From Thermincola ferriacetica (GTDB lineage Bacteria > Bacillota > Thermincolia > Thermincolales > UBA2595): a stretch of 64,000 nt of DNA. The notes under the pieces are model-generated. The model was given only the letters and a program-made list of their open reading frames with translations, was not told the origin of the DNA and searched no databases. The position numbers and the translations under genes are program-made. The first letter of the stretch is position 1; every line of letters starts with the position of its first letter. Shown here one piece after another: positions 9,880-18,407 of the stretch. The DNA lies in the NCBI GenBank assembly GCA_016841725.1, contig JAENYP010000016.1, positions 25,272 to 89,271 on the forward strand, in the 5' to 3' direction.

Positions 9880-11286
9880 TCAATTTTGTTTTTTGACATT
9901 TCTGATTAATTTCAGCCTGAGGGCTCTCCTGGTTTCAGGTGTGGCTGCCCACCTCCTGTCTGCCCGCATTCCCGCAATCCAGATAACCTGTCCGTCTGAG
10001 GTAACCAATACCGGATACCTGTCACGTTCAACCCTGGGGATTTTAGAGTCAATAAAAAACTTTTTCAACTTTTTGGACCCGTTAAATCCAAGGGGGCAGA
10101 ACCGGTCTCCGGGATTTCGGCTGCGGACAATTAAAGGCACACTCACTTTGTCCAGATCAATCGTTATCTCATTGGGGTTCTGTGGTCCGGAGCACAAGAC
10201 TCCTTCCGGTTCTTCTGCCACAATGCAATCACCGGTTTCCGGTATTGAAGTAACTCCCGGAATCCTTAGCTCATATAAATAATCAGCTGTTGTCCTCATA
10301 TCAGCGGACTTGTACAGGTTGATTCTATCATAGCTCTTCTCCAGCTTTACCAAACCCGGCAGATCAAATACCGAACCCGTTCTGCCCTGGAAAATCAGTT
10401 CAGTCGCGGCAGTGAGGTGTGCATAAGTAATATTATGCACACTCCCCGTAAGGGCAGACCAGCCACGTCGAATGATTCTCCTCTGAAAAACACGGGGTGT
10501 TTCGAGAAACTTTTTCAGATTAATACTGATCAGGCTGGCTTCACTTTCCAGGCAGACCCCCCGCCAATACTCCTCAGTAATACCTTCAAGACACTCCTCT
10601 TCTTCCCTGAAAATGTCGCTTGTCCTTAATAGGGTTTCAATTAGGTTATGATTATATTCCTTTTGGAGAAGAGGTATCAGTTCAAGGCGAATCCGGTTTC
10701 TGGTATAAGCAAGTTTGAGATTGCTGCTATCTATTCTTGTAGTCAGCTGTTTTTCCCTGCAGTACTTTTCTATCTGGCTTCTCGGCACCTCAATAAGAGG
10801 CCTGGCTACCCAGCCGTCCCGAACCGGGGGGATGCCCCTTAACCCCGCAGGCCCTGTCCCCCTTAAAAAGTGATGGAGAACTGTCTCTGTCTGGTCATTG
10901 GCATTGTGACCTGTCGCCAGTTTATTACAGCCGCATTTTTTTGCTGTTTCCTCAAAAAAGCGATACCTGATTTCCCTGGCCGCTGTCTGGGCAGACAAAT
11001 TCATGGCTGAAGCATAAGCCGCCGCATCTTCACTTTTGATTACAGCCGGCAGCCCCAGCCGTTCGGCAAGTTCCCGCACGAATTCCGCATCCGCAGCCGA
11101 CTCCGGTCCCCTGAAACAATGGTCGAGGTGGGCAACATACAGCAAAATCTGAAGTTCATCCATCAAGCTATGTAAAATATGAACAAGCGCCGTGGAGTCC
11201 GGCCCTCCTGATACCCCTATAAGAATACGGTCTCCGGGCTTAAACATGCTGTATTTCTCAATTGTTGCCCTAACCTGATCAAGCAT
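9880..11286 (-). CDS. tilS: tRNA(Ile)-lysidine synthase
   Basis: SGGPDS PP-loop motif. Syntenic position upstream of ftsH. Start at 11286 behind a GAGAGAGG RBS. Confidence 0.9.
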   Translation of the reverse strand: MLDQVRATIEKYSMFKPGDRILIGVSGGPDSTALVHILHSLMDELQILLYVAHLDHCFRGPESAADAEFVRELAERLGLPAVIKSEDAAAYASAMNLSAQTAAREIRYRFFEETAKKCGCNKLATGHNANDQTETVLHHFLRGTGPAGLRGIPPVRDGWVARPLIEVPRSQIEKYCREKQLTTRIDSSNLKLAYTRNRIRLELIPLLQKEYNHNLIETLLRTSDIFREEEECLEGITEEYWRGVCLESEASLISINLKKFLETPRVFQRRIIRRGWSALTGSVHNITYAHLTAATELIFQGRTGSVFDLPGLVKLEKSYDRINLYKSADMRTTADYLYELRIPGVTSIPETGDCIVAEEPEGVLCSGPQNPNEITIDLDKVSVPLIVRSRNPGDRFCPLGFNGSKKLKKFFIDSKIPRVERDRYPVLVTSDGQVIWIAGMRADRRWAATPETRRALRLKLIRNVKKQN

Positions 11287-11374
11287 GGAAAAACCTCTCT
11301 CAGTTTGGTTATCGTTTCCTTTCGACATTTACTTATTTTTTCCTGCACTAAATATAATTTAATCAATGGCTGTT

Positions 11375-12286
11375 TTACTGATAATAATAGGCAACACTTA
11401 ACATGAATGAAATAATACTGACTGCCGCAATATAATTTACAAAAGCCTCCACCTTTAGACCCGCTTCCGTTCCCGGCATGTCATCCGGAATAACTTCAAG
11501 GCATTCCGCCGGTTCAAAGCATGTGCCGACCTCCTGTTTCAGACATCTAATGATTATATTCCGCAGTGTTTTATCTCCAACTTTTTTTACTGCCATAGAG
11601 ATTACTTCATTCAGACTGTGATTTCCTGTCTGGTTCTGTTTTCCCAGGACCAGTGAAAGGAGAAGCATCCCCAGGGAAAACATATCATACCCTTCATCAG
11701 CAATCCGGTCTCCTGCCTGCCAGCTTGCCCGGTCATAACCCGGCGTGTATTGTTTTAAGCAGTGCCCTTTTACACTGACACTGCCGTAATCAATGACGTG
11801 TATTTCATCCCGCTCCCGACCCAGGATAATGTTTCCAGGTTTTAAATCACCAAATATGAAGCCCGCTTTGTGAAGACAGTTAAGAAACCGGCTTATCTGC
11901 ACCCCTATTGCCAGGGCACGGCGGCAGCCGGCGCTCCCCACTAATCTGCCAAGGCTCTTTCCTTCAAAATATTCCGTTATCAGAAAATGATATACAACGG
12001 AGCCAAGCTGAAAATCATCCAGCTCATAAGCCCTGGGGACCATACTACTGTCTTTCAGCCCACAATTGCCGTTCAGATGAATCAAAATCCGGTGTTCATG
12101 ACTGATACCGACAATGTCGGTAGAAAGCTTCATTGCCCTGAGCCGCGCCTCTTCATCCCTGACAAGGTAGACAAGCCCGCTTCCCCCGCTGCCAAGAAAG
12201 CGCACTGCCTGATAGCGGTTTCTTTCCCAGCGCCCTGTGATAACCTGGCCTGGCTTTAGAAAAGGCTTTAACTTGCCCGAACTCAT
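11375..12286 (-). CDS. yabT: YabT-like Ser/Thr protein kinase with a single C-terminal TM anchor
   Basis: GSGGSGLV glycine loop, AMK lysine, FGDLKPGN catalytic loop, DYG, and hydrophobic C-terminus FVNYIAAVSIISFMLSVAYYY. Occupies the same slot as B. subtilis yabT (spoIIE-yabS-yabT-tilS). Confidence 0.75.
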   Translation of the reverse strand: MSSGKLKPFLKPGQVITGRWERNRYQAVRFLGSGGSGLVYLVRDEEARLRAMKLSTDIVGISHEHRILIHLNGNCGLKDSSMVPRAYELDDFQLGSVVYHFLITEYFEGKSLGRLVGSAGCRRALAIGVQISRFLNCLHKAGFIFGDLKPGNIILGRERDEIHVIDYGSVSVKGHCLKQYTPGYDRASWQAGDRIADEGYDMFSLGMLLLSLVLGKQNQTGNHSLNEVISMAVKKVGDKTLRNIIIRCLKQEVGTCFEPAECLEVIPDDMPGTEAGLKVEAFVNYIAAVSIISFMLSVAYYYQ

Positions 12287-12996
12287 ATAACATCCCTCAC
12301 CGGTTTACCGGTCCCGCATCCGGGGCAGATTAATGCTTTTGCAGCGGCTTCGATGGCAGGTCCTGTAGGTGTCAGCCCGCCAAAACTCAGAGACTGTAAA
12401 AGTACGCTTGTAAGAGCATTATCCCACTCCGGCTGTTTTAATATGTCAGCTGCAGATTTTTTTCCCGGAAACCCGATGATACCCAGGTTTACAGGACCTC
12501 TGCGACCTGCCAGGGATATTAACAGATCCCCGATACTTCGCTGCAGAGCATCTCTTTTGTGTTTCATGCTCCCGCTGGTATCAATCAACAGCATCAGGTT
12601 TATCGGCACTTTTTCTTCCAGATGTCCCACGACAGGGAGGATTTCATTTCTCAGGACAGGTGGAAGGCTTTTTAATTCCACCCCCACGATTTGCCGCAGA
12701 TGGCGGTTTGTCATGTGCTCAGCATATGTCCTGACGGCCTCCATAGTTATTGTATGCACCGTATAAGCCAAGTCTCCGGCAGCTGTAAAATGACACTCAC
12801 CACCACCTGCCGCAGCAATCCGCTGAACCTCTTCCCTTCCCTTTTCCCCCAGCTTGCCGCTGTCAGGAATCCCTACAGCGCTTACAGTAATTCCGGCCTG
12901 CCGGGCCCTAAAAGCTGCCCTTACAGGGTCTTCTCCATTATTTGACTGCCCGTCTGTGACAACAATTATTAAATTAAAATTATTTGTAGAAGACAT
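12283..12996 (-). CDS. yabS: YabS-like von Willebrand factor A domain protein (apparently circularly permuted)
   Basis: LIIVVTDGQSN and ITVSAVGI (normally the C-terminal vWA half) lie at the N-terminus. LMLLIDTSGSM (the DxSxS MIDAS motif) and FGGLTPTG (normally the N-terminal half) lie at the C-terminus. Overlaps the yabT start. Confidence 0.75.
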   Translation of the reverse strand: MSSTNNFNLIIVVTDGQSNNGEDPVRAAFRARQAGITVSAVGIPDSGKLGEKGREEVQRIAAAGGGECHFTAAGDLAYTVHTITMEAVRTYAEHMTNRHLRQIVGVELKSLPPVLRNEILPVVGHLEEKVPINLMLLIDTSGSMKHKRDALQRSIGDLLISLAGRRGPVNLGIIGFPGKKSAADILKQPEWDNALTSVLLQSLSFGGLTPTGPAIEAAAKALICPGCGTGKPVRDVI

Positions 12997-13058
12997 AAAA
13001 ATACCCCCTTAGGGGTAAAGTTCCCAAAATATGGCTTGCTTATACTTGGGATACTATT

Positions 13059-15491
13059 TCAATTATGTGCCGATACCAGTCTGGCAGCCAGTACGGTCAT
13101 ATCGTCATTAACTATGCCTCCGGACCTGAGGATAGCCTTGTTCAGCAGGAGGTCTGCTATATTCTGCGGATCTGTTGTCATGATGTTCTGGAGGGCATCC
13201 ATGACCCAGGTTTCACTTTCCTGGTCTTCACCCGATCCCAGGAGCCCGTCTGACACCATCACAAGGACATCATCATGATTCATTTGCTGCTGGATGGTAT
13301 CTATTTCGATGTGGCTTAATATGCCAATCGGCAGATTGCCGGACCTGACCATTCCTGCCTGGCTGCCATGTTTGATAAAACTGGGAACTGCACCGATTTT
13401 GATAAATTCAACCACCCCGCTCATGAGGTTAATAGCTGCCAGGTCCACTGTTGTTATTGTCTCATCAGGTGAACCCAGAATAAGAATAGAATTAGCAGTT
13501 TTTACAGCCACACTGTGGTCAAAACCTGCCTCCATAAGTTTTTCCACCAGAGCAATGGCAGCTTTGCTCTCTAATGATGCCTTGGGCCCTACCCCCATAC
13601 CGTCACTTATAACCAGCGCATATTTACCATCTTTCAGGTCAAAATCAGCATAATTGTCCCCTGACACCATACTGCTGTCTTTGGCAACAGATGCGGAACC
13701 AATTTCAACCGAGAAAGCCCTCATAGGAACCAGCTTGAATTCACAAACAGGTTCATTAGTCTTTTTGCTGCAGTAATTTGAATTAAGTACTGTCAGCGGC
13801 TGTGATAAAATTCTTGACACAATAGGCTTGATACTGTTAACACACACTGCTTTGCCCCCACATGATGGAAAAGTCACACTCACTTCCAGCTGATCGTTTA
13901 CTTCTCCCATAACACTCAGTTCAAGTATGCTATACCCTGCCTTCGCCAGCTCGGTGCGCAGTATCGCCTCTATATCTTCTCTCATTCTGATATCAATCTT
14001 GACTTCATTGGCCAGATTTTGCATCATTGTGGCAATTCCGTCAAGCTGTCTGGCCAGAATATCTCTCCCCTCGGTAAGTTTCCGCTGCCATACCTGGGCC
14101 TGTCTGTACGTCTCATAAAGACAGTTAACAGTAACAGCCAGCTCCTTGAGCCTGGAACAGCGCTTTTGCACCTCCGGTGAAATGTGTTCCTCAGTAAGCC
14201 GTCCATTGATTTCAATATGTGAAATCATATCCATAATATTCCTGTAAGTTTTATAAAATTCCGCATCCCAGCAAATCCTGTAAAGGGAACATCCCTTGCA
14301 CACCTTTGAGGCAACACCGCTGAAAAGGGTCTGGAGGTTGTTCTCTTCATAAACCCTGACATCACATGATACCTCCTCAAAAGCAGTGGACAGTTCACGG
14401 AATATCCGCGAATAATCACGGACCTTCCCGGCAACAATTTCCTTAACCCTTTTTTCACTTGAAGGCTTGGAGTTGAAGCTGAACAGGCTGTTTTTAACCA
14501 TGGTCCTGAGGGCGAACAGCCGCTTTGCAGGAATTGTCATAAAAAGGGCACCTGCCAGAACCGTTTCCGCAAAGGTATTGACAAGCTGCGCATAGTCAGT
14601 GAGGTAAATAGACAAGAGGACATTGCCCAGGATAAATCCTATGCAGATGCCGATTCTGCCAAATCCGCGAAACATTCCCGCCAAGAGACCCGAAAATGAA
14701 TACACAGCCACCATGCCAGGAGCCACTTCAGCCGTAATGCTGGGCACCATGCCTACCAGAGTTCCCATGGCAGCCCCAAAACCGCAGCCTCCCGTATAGG
14801 CAGCAAACAGTACCAAAGCCCTGGAAATAACATTCTTGACCTGCAGCCCCTGAAAACTCAGCTCCGACATCCCCGTAAGAAAAGCAATCACCAGAACTGC
14901 GCCGCCAATCAGCTCTTCTTTTTTCAGGTTCCCCGCATTACTGCCTTTTTGTAATACCGGAAGAGTTTTTATCAGTAAAAAGGTGGCACATCCGGCCAGG
15001 ACCGCTTCGAATATGGCCACAATATAATTATATAGTTCAGGAGCAAAATACGAATATACCCCTACCTTAACACCTACAATCAAACCGGCAACAAGGATCG
15101 GCACACCATACCACTTTTGCCGGAACTGAGCACGGGTCCGGCCAAGAATAAGGAACAGCAGTACCATCGTTATCATTGTTGATGCCAGTGTATAGCCTGA
15201 ACACACTGTGGTCAGACCGGCGGCTGCAGCAATAAGTATCAAAAAACCCTTATCACCCAGAACAGTCATGCCGGCAGCCAGCAGGGCCGCCGGGAACGGT
15301 ATCAGCCCCCCGGCGATTACAGCCCGTCCGACAAAAAAGGAGAGGACCATTAAAAAACCGGTTTCCATAGAAAAAATCTGTTGTAACAACTGCTTTGCCG
15401 CCTGCCCGGAGAAAGCGGGCAGCACAACCCTGGATTTTGACCTTCGTCCACTTAACCGGTGGTAAGCATAAATACCTGATTTTTCACCCAT
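13059..15491 (-). CDS. spoIIE: stage II sporulation protein E (polytopic membrane PP2C phosphatase)
   Basis: About 10 N-terminal TM segments plus a C-terminal PP2C domain (SGDNY...ISDGMG...DDMTV). Synteny with yabS/yabT/tilS. Confidence 0.9.
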   Translation of the reverse strand: MGEKSGIYAYHRLSGRRSKSRVVLPAFSGQAAKQLLQQIFSMETGFLMVLSFFVGRAVIAGGLIPFPAALLAAGMTVLGDKGFLILIAAAAGLTTVCSGYTLASTMITMVLLFLILGRTRAQFRQKWYGVPILVAGLIVGVKVGVYSYFAPELYNYIVAIFEAVLAGCATFLLIKTLPVLQKGSNAGNLKKEELIGGAVLVIAFLTGMSELSFQGLQVKNVISRALVLFAAYTGGCGFGAAMGTLVGMVPSITAEVAPGMVAVYSFSGLLAGMFRGFGRIGICIGFILGNVLLSIYLTDYAQLVNTFAETVLAGALFMTIPAKRLFALRTMVKNSLFSFNSKPSSEKRVKEIVAGKVRDYSRIFRELSTAFEEVSCDVRVYEENNLQTLFSGVASKVCKGCSLYRICWDAEFYKTYRNIMDMISHIEINGRLTEEHISPEVQKRCSRLKELAVTVNCLYETYRQAQVWQRKLTEGRDILARQLDGIATMMQNLANEVKIDIRMREDIEAILRTELAKAGYSILELSVMGEVNDQLEVSVTFPSCGGKAVCVNSIKPIVSRILSQPLTVLNSNYCSKKTNEPVCEFKLVPMRAFSVEIGSASVAKDSSMVSGDNYADFDLKDGKYALVISDGMGVGPKASLESKAAIALVEKLMEAGFDHSVAVKTANSILILGSPDETITTVDLAAINLMSGVVEFIKIGAVPSFIKHGSQAGMVRSGNLPIGILSHIEIDTIQQQMNHDDVLVMVSDGLLGSGEDQESETWVMDALQNIMTTDPQNIADLLLNKAILRSGGIVNDDMTVLAARLVSAHN

Positions 15492-15555
15492 TGTTTAAGC
15501 ACCGCCCGTTTGGAATTTAATAAGTTTCCAGCCTGCTCAAAGAAACTCTTGTTTT

Positions 15556-15621
15556 ATTATATTACATGTGTTGGAAAATCTTTGTCATGTTTGGTAGTAA
15601 ATGCAGAATTTTATTTCGACC
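15556..15621 (-). promoter_or_regulatory. putative spoIIE promoter region with Spo0A-box-like sites
   Basis: On the minus strand: TATAAT at 15556-15561, ATGACA 21 nt upstream, and GGTCGAA (one mismatch to the 0A box TGTCGAA) at 15615-15621. Motif reading only. Confidence 0.3.
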
Positions 15622-15649
15622 GGATTCGTTTATAAAATATCCCGGACAA

Positions 15650-15675
15650 CAAAAAAGCGTATGAGTTTCATACGC
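15650..15675 (-). terminator. intrinsic terminator after the unknown-gene pair
   Basis: GCGTATGA/TCATACGC stem followed on the minus strand by TTTTTT. Confidence 0.6.
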
Positions 15676-15692
15676 ACCAGAGTCATATTAAA

Positions 15693-16214
15693 TTACCACG
15701 GACGCCTGCGGGCTCTGTTGACCAGTCCCAGCACCAGTTCCCCGCTTAGGGAACCAGACCCGTCACAGCTCAAATCGGCTCTTTCTACAACCATCCCCGG
15801 TTTATATTGTCTTGGTCTCTCAATTAAATGTAGATCAACAAATGTATGAAATGGTCTTGTATAATGCACTGTATATAGTTCTGTCCCTCGTCCGGTATTC
15901 CCGGAATAATTGTCTTCCTCATCAGCAAACAAGCCGTCCGCCTGTAACCTTAAATGACAAAAGAAATCATCATTTTCCGGTTCTTTCTGTTCAGGCAGAT
16001 CCTGGTCTTCTTTCTCCCTGGCTTGAAAATACGATACTGTTATTTGGTAGGAACCTTTTATCTCCATCTCACCACGGCTGACCCTATAGTCACTTATTTC
16101 GGGAGCTATCGATATGTTTGAAATCTTCCCCACCTTGGGATAACCTGGGGGTAAATTTAATTTTAGCGGGATTCTGGGAAATACAAGCATTTTTTTGGTT
16201 TCAACAACCGTCAC
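15693..16214 (-). CDS. hypothetical protein (acidic central region, no TM or signal peptide)
   Basis: ORF-track ORF with AGGAGG RBS. Start probably the GTG at 16214. No family recognised. Confidence 0.6.
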   Translation of the reverse strand: MTVVETKKMLVFPRIPLKLNLPPGYPKVGKISNISIAPEISDYRVSRGEMEIKGSYQITVSYFQAREKEDQDLPEQKEPENDDFFCHLRLQADGLFADEEDNYSGNTGRGTELYTVHYTRPFHTFVDLHLIERPRQYKPGMVVERADLSCDGSGSLSGELVLGLVNRARRRPW

Positions 16215-16256
16215 AGCATACACCTCCTAAAAAAAACTAATGTTCGCCATCCCATG

Positions 16257-16931
16257 CTAGAACACTGCCCGTTTTTTCTGCCTGGGGCAGAAAGCGGGCT
16301 GGCTGTAATTATTCTCAAAATCAGGCATTATACTGATTTGCCACCACCTGACATTTGGAAGGGGTGGCATAAATGGCTGAACCGGTTGAAAAAGATTGTT
16401 TACCGGACTCTTGGGTGCTGACTGTATGGTTTTCACCTCCCTGTTAAGCCCAATTACCCGGTTGTCATTCAGCTCCGCGGAAATTAGCATAACCCCTTCC
16501 AAAATCACACTGTATCCAGATAACTTGTTTTCAGTTCCGCTGCCTTCAGTTTCGCTGTTTTGCATGCCCGGTTGGTTCTCAGCAATAACTTTGATGGAAT
16601 ATTTCACCGGAACCTCAAGGTTTTGGGAAGCAGCGGAAACTGTATTAAAATCCCATCTGCCGCCTTCCATTTCCGAATTGCCGGCAGCAAAACTCCCTAT
16701 CCTGAGTGCCTGTCCGTTACTTTCATTAAACAGCACTACCGCCAGAAGCTCTCCTGAATCCGGTTTTCCAGTATTAAAAGCTTCATTCAGATACCAATTT
16801 AACCGGCCTTTAGGGCCGTTTACCATAATTTCAACTTTACCCTGCGGTATGGCGCTTTCCTTTACCACATTTCCGGCGGGATACAGGTATACCTTATGAA
16901 AAGAGTAATCTGTACCTTTGGGTAAATCCAT
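16257..16931 (-). CDS. hypothetical protein, paralogous to 17441..18289
   Basis: RBS AGGAAAGGAAGG before the ATG at 16931. Shares the GK(V/ATV)EI...G..G.L N-terminal segment and the PF...LP...WW(Q/K)(I/F) motif with the 282-aa neighbour. Confidence 0.6.
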   Translation of the reverse strand: MDLPKGTDYSFHKVYLYPAGNVVKESAIPQGKVEIMVNGPKGRLNWYLNEAFNTGKPDSGELLAVVLFNESNGQALRIGSFAAGNSEMEGGRWDFNTVSAASQNLEVPVKYSIKVIAENQPGMQNSETEGSGTENKLSGYSVILEGVMLISAELNDNRVIGLNREVKTIQSAPKSPVNNLFQPVQPFMPPLPNVRWWQISIMPDFENNYSQPAFCPRQKKRAVF

Positions 16932-17074
16932 CAGATACCTTCCTTTCCTCACACTAAAGCTGTGTTTTATATCAGTATATTACTTCATCCCGGGTTCCGT
17001 TACACCCGGATTTTCAGGAGGCGTTCACAATTAAATGGCTCTCCCTAATATACTAATACCGAGGGGGTTCTACA

Positions 17075-17347
17075 ATGAAACTGCTGCAAAAAACCAAATG
17101 CTTATTCAACAGGTTTGGCATTGGAGCGGGTTTGGATGAAGCCGCAATAAATATCTTTGGAATTAATGCCAAACTTGTCCGGAAAATATCCATTCCTGTT
17201 CCTCATGAGGTTTCCGTTTTCATACCGCGCCTTGAAATTAAACAGAAAATCACCGAAGGCAGCAATTGTACTGAGACTACCCTGGTACTTAACAGCCTGA
17301 CAATAGTAAGCGCACCCCGCCACGAACCACTGGAACCGGGGCACTAA
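17075..17347 (+). CDS. small hypothetical protein (90 aa), divergent from the surrounding genes
   Basis: GAGGGGG RBS 7 nt before the ATG. TTCACA/TAATAT promoter-like hexamers upstream and a strong hairpin downstream. Preferred over the in-phase antisense ORF 17102..17365, whose F/N/Y-rich composition looks like a shadow of K/E/I codons. Confidence 0.4.
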   Translation: MKLLQKTKCLFNRFGIGAGLDEAAINIFGINAKLVRKISIPVPHEVSVFIPRLEIKQKITEGSNCTETTLVLNSLTIVSAPRHEPLEPGH

Positions 17348-17402
17348 TTTAGGTAACCGGGCCATTCACCGACGGAACCGGACCTCTGGCCCTAAAACTG
17401 AT

Positions 17403-17431
17403 AAAGGGTGCCTCCCGCGAGGCACCCCTTT
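17403..17431. terminator. GC-rich hairpin terminator, usable in both directions
   Basis: GGGTGCCTC/GAGGCACCC 9-bp stem with a CCGC loop, extended by A/T pairs. Lies 10 nt after the stop of 17441..18289. Confidence 0.6.
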
Positions 17432-17440
17432 AATTATAAT

Positions 17441-18289
17441 TTACTCTTTTTCACAATCTGAACAGTCAGGGGGTTTTACAGCTTTATCCGGATAAACCAC
17501 CTCCCCGGTTGCAGGGTCAATGTAAATTAACCAATAACCATAGTCCCCTGGTTTAAACTGTTGTCCCGGCAAAGGATGCCAGTAAACATACCCGGTGGCT
17601 CCCCCGAAAGGTTGGTCTCGAAGGCAGAACCTGCCAGGGATTCCGTGTATCAGATACTTTACCGCACCCTGTGCATACTGCAGACCTACAAGCTGATGCC
17701 CCCGAAAAACAGGTCCGTATGAACCGGAATTTTGATTGTCCTGTGAAAAAAACATCATATTTTGAAAATACCCTGGGTAGAACTTCCACCACTGGTGATA
17801 CGGCAATCCCGTCCCAAATGGTGATACTTTCTCCATTTTCGGCTCTCCGGGAAGGTCTGCCTCTTCAAGTTCCAGCTCCCCCACCAAAACCCTGTCACCA
17901 GGCAAATCATCGTTGGGTGCTGTATGCACACATACTTCCAAAATCCCACCTGACCTGAGATTGAGTCCCAAACCCTGTATACGGTCAGGTTCAAAGCTTA
18001 TTGTGCTGTCTCCCACCCCCCTCGCATTGATTTCAATAATTCCTGCATATACAGGAACACTATCGCCTTTTTCCCCTGCGCTGATCCAAACCCCATATCC
18101 TTTGTCAGAGTTGGGTGTATTTAGCGGGCGCAGATTTCTGACAGAACACTTCAGCATTCCTGATTTCCCGGTAATCTCTACAGTCGCCTTGCCTCCCGGC
18201 CTTCTAGCCGGGGTTTTGGCATAGCTGTGATTATCTTCCCGCAGAACCGCTGTATAACGGTGGTACTCTCTATCCGTCAGACGGTTCAT
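17441..18289 (-). CDS. hypothetical protein, paralogous to 16257..16931 with an extra C-terminal domain
   Basis: GAAGGGGG RBS. Shares motifs with the 224-aa neighbour. C-terminal W/Y/G/P-rich domain ends in CSDC. Confidence 0.65.
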   Translation of the reverse strand: MNRLTDREYHRYTAVLREDNHSYAKTPARRPGGKATVEITGKSGMLKCSVRNLRPLNTPNSDKGYGVWISAGEKGDSVPVYAGIIEINARGVGDSTISFEPDRIQGLGLNLRSGGILEVCVHTAPNDDLPGDRVLVGELELEEADLPGEPKMEKVSPFGTGLPYHQWWKFYPGYFQNMMFFSQDNQNSGSYGPVFRGHQLVGLQYAQGAVKYLIHGIPGRFCLRDQPFGGATGYVYWHPLPGQQFKPGDYGYWLIYIDPATGEVVYPDKAVKPPDCSDCEKE

Positions 18290-18407
18290 GCCAAACCCCC
18301 TTCGATCTGCTTAAAAAAGACTTTAGCGGCTGCAACTCTTCCGTCTTAAATAAGTATATGCCTCTTATGCCAGAACTTTAACAAAATTTTTGATTTTCCC
18401 GCTGGAA

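Noticed and set aside
17102-17365. Minus-strand 87-aa ORF, co-directional with its neighbours.
   Set aside because: It is in exact codon register with the plus-strand ORF 17075..17347, which has a far better RBS, promoter and terminator. Its F/N/Y/C-rich composition fits the complement of a K/E/I-rich gene. I kept it as unresolved in the findings rather than as a feature.
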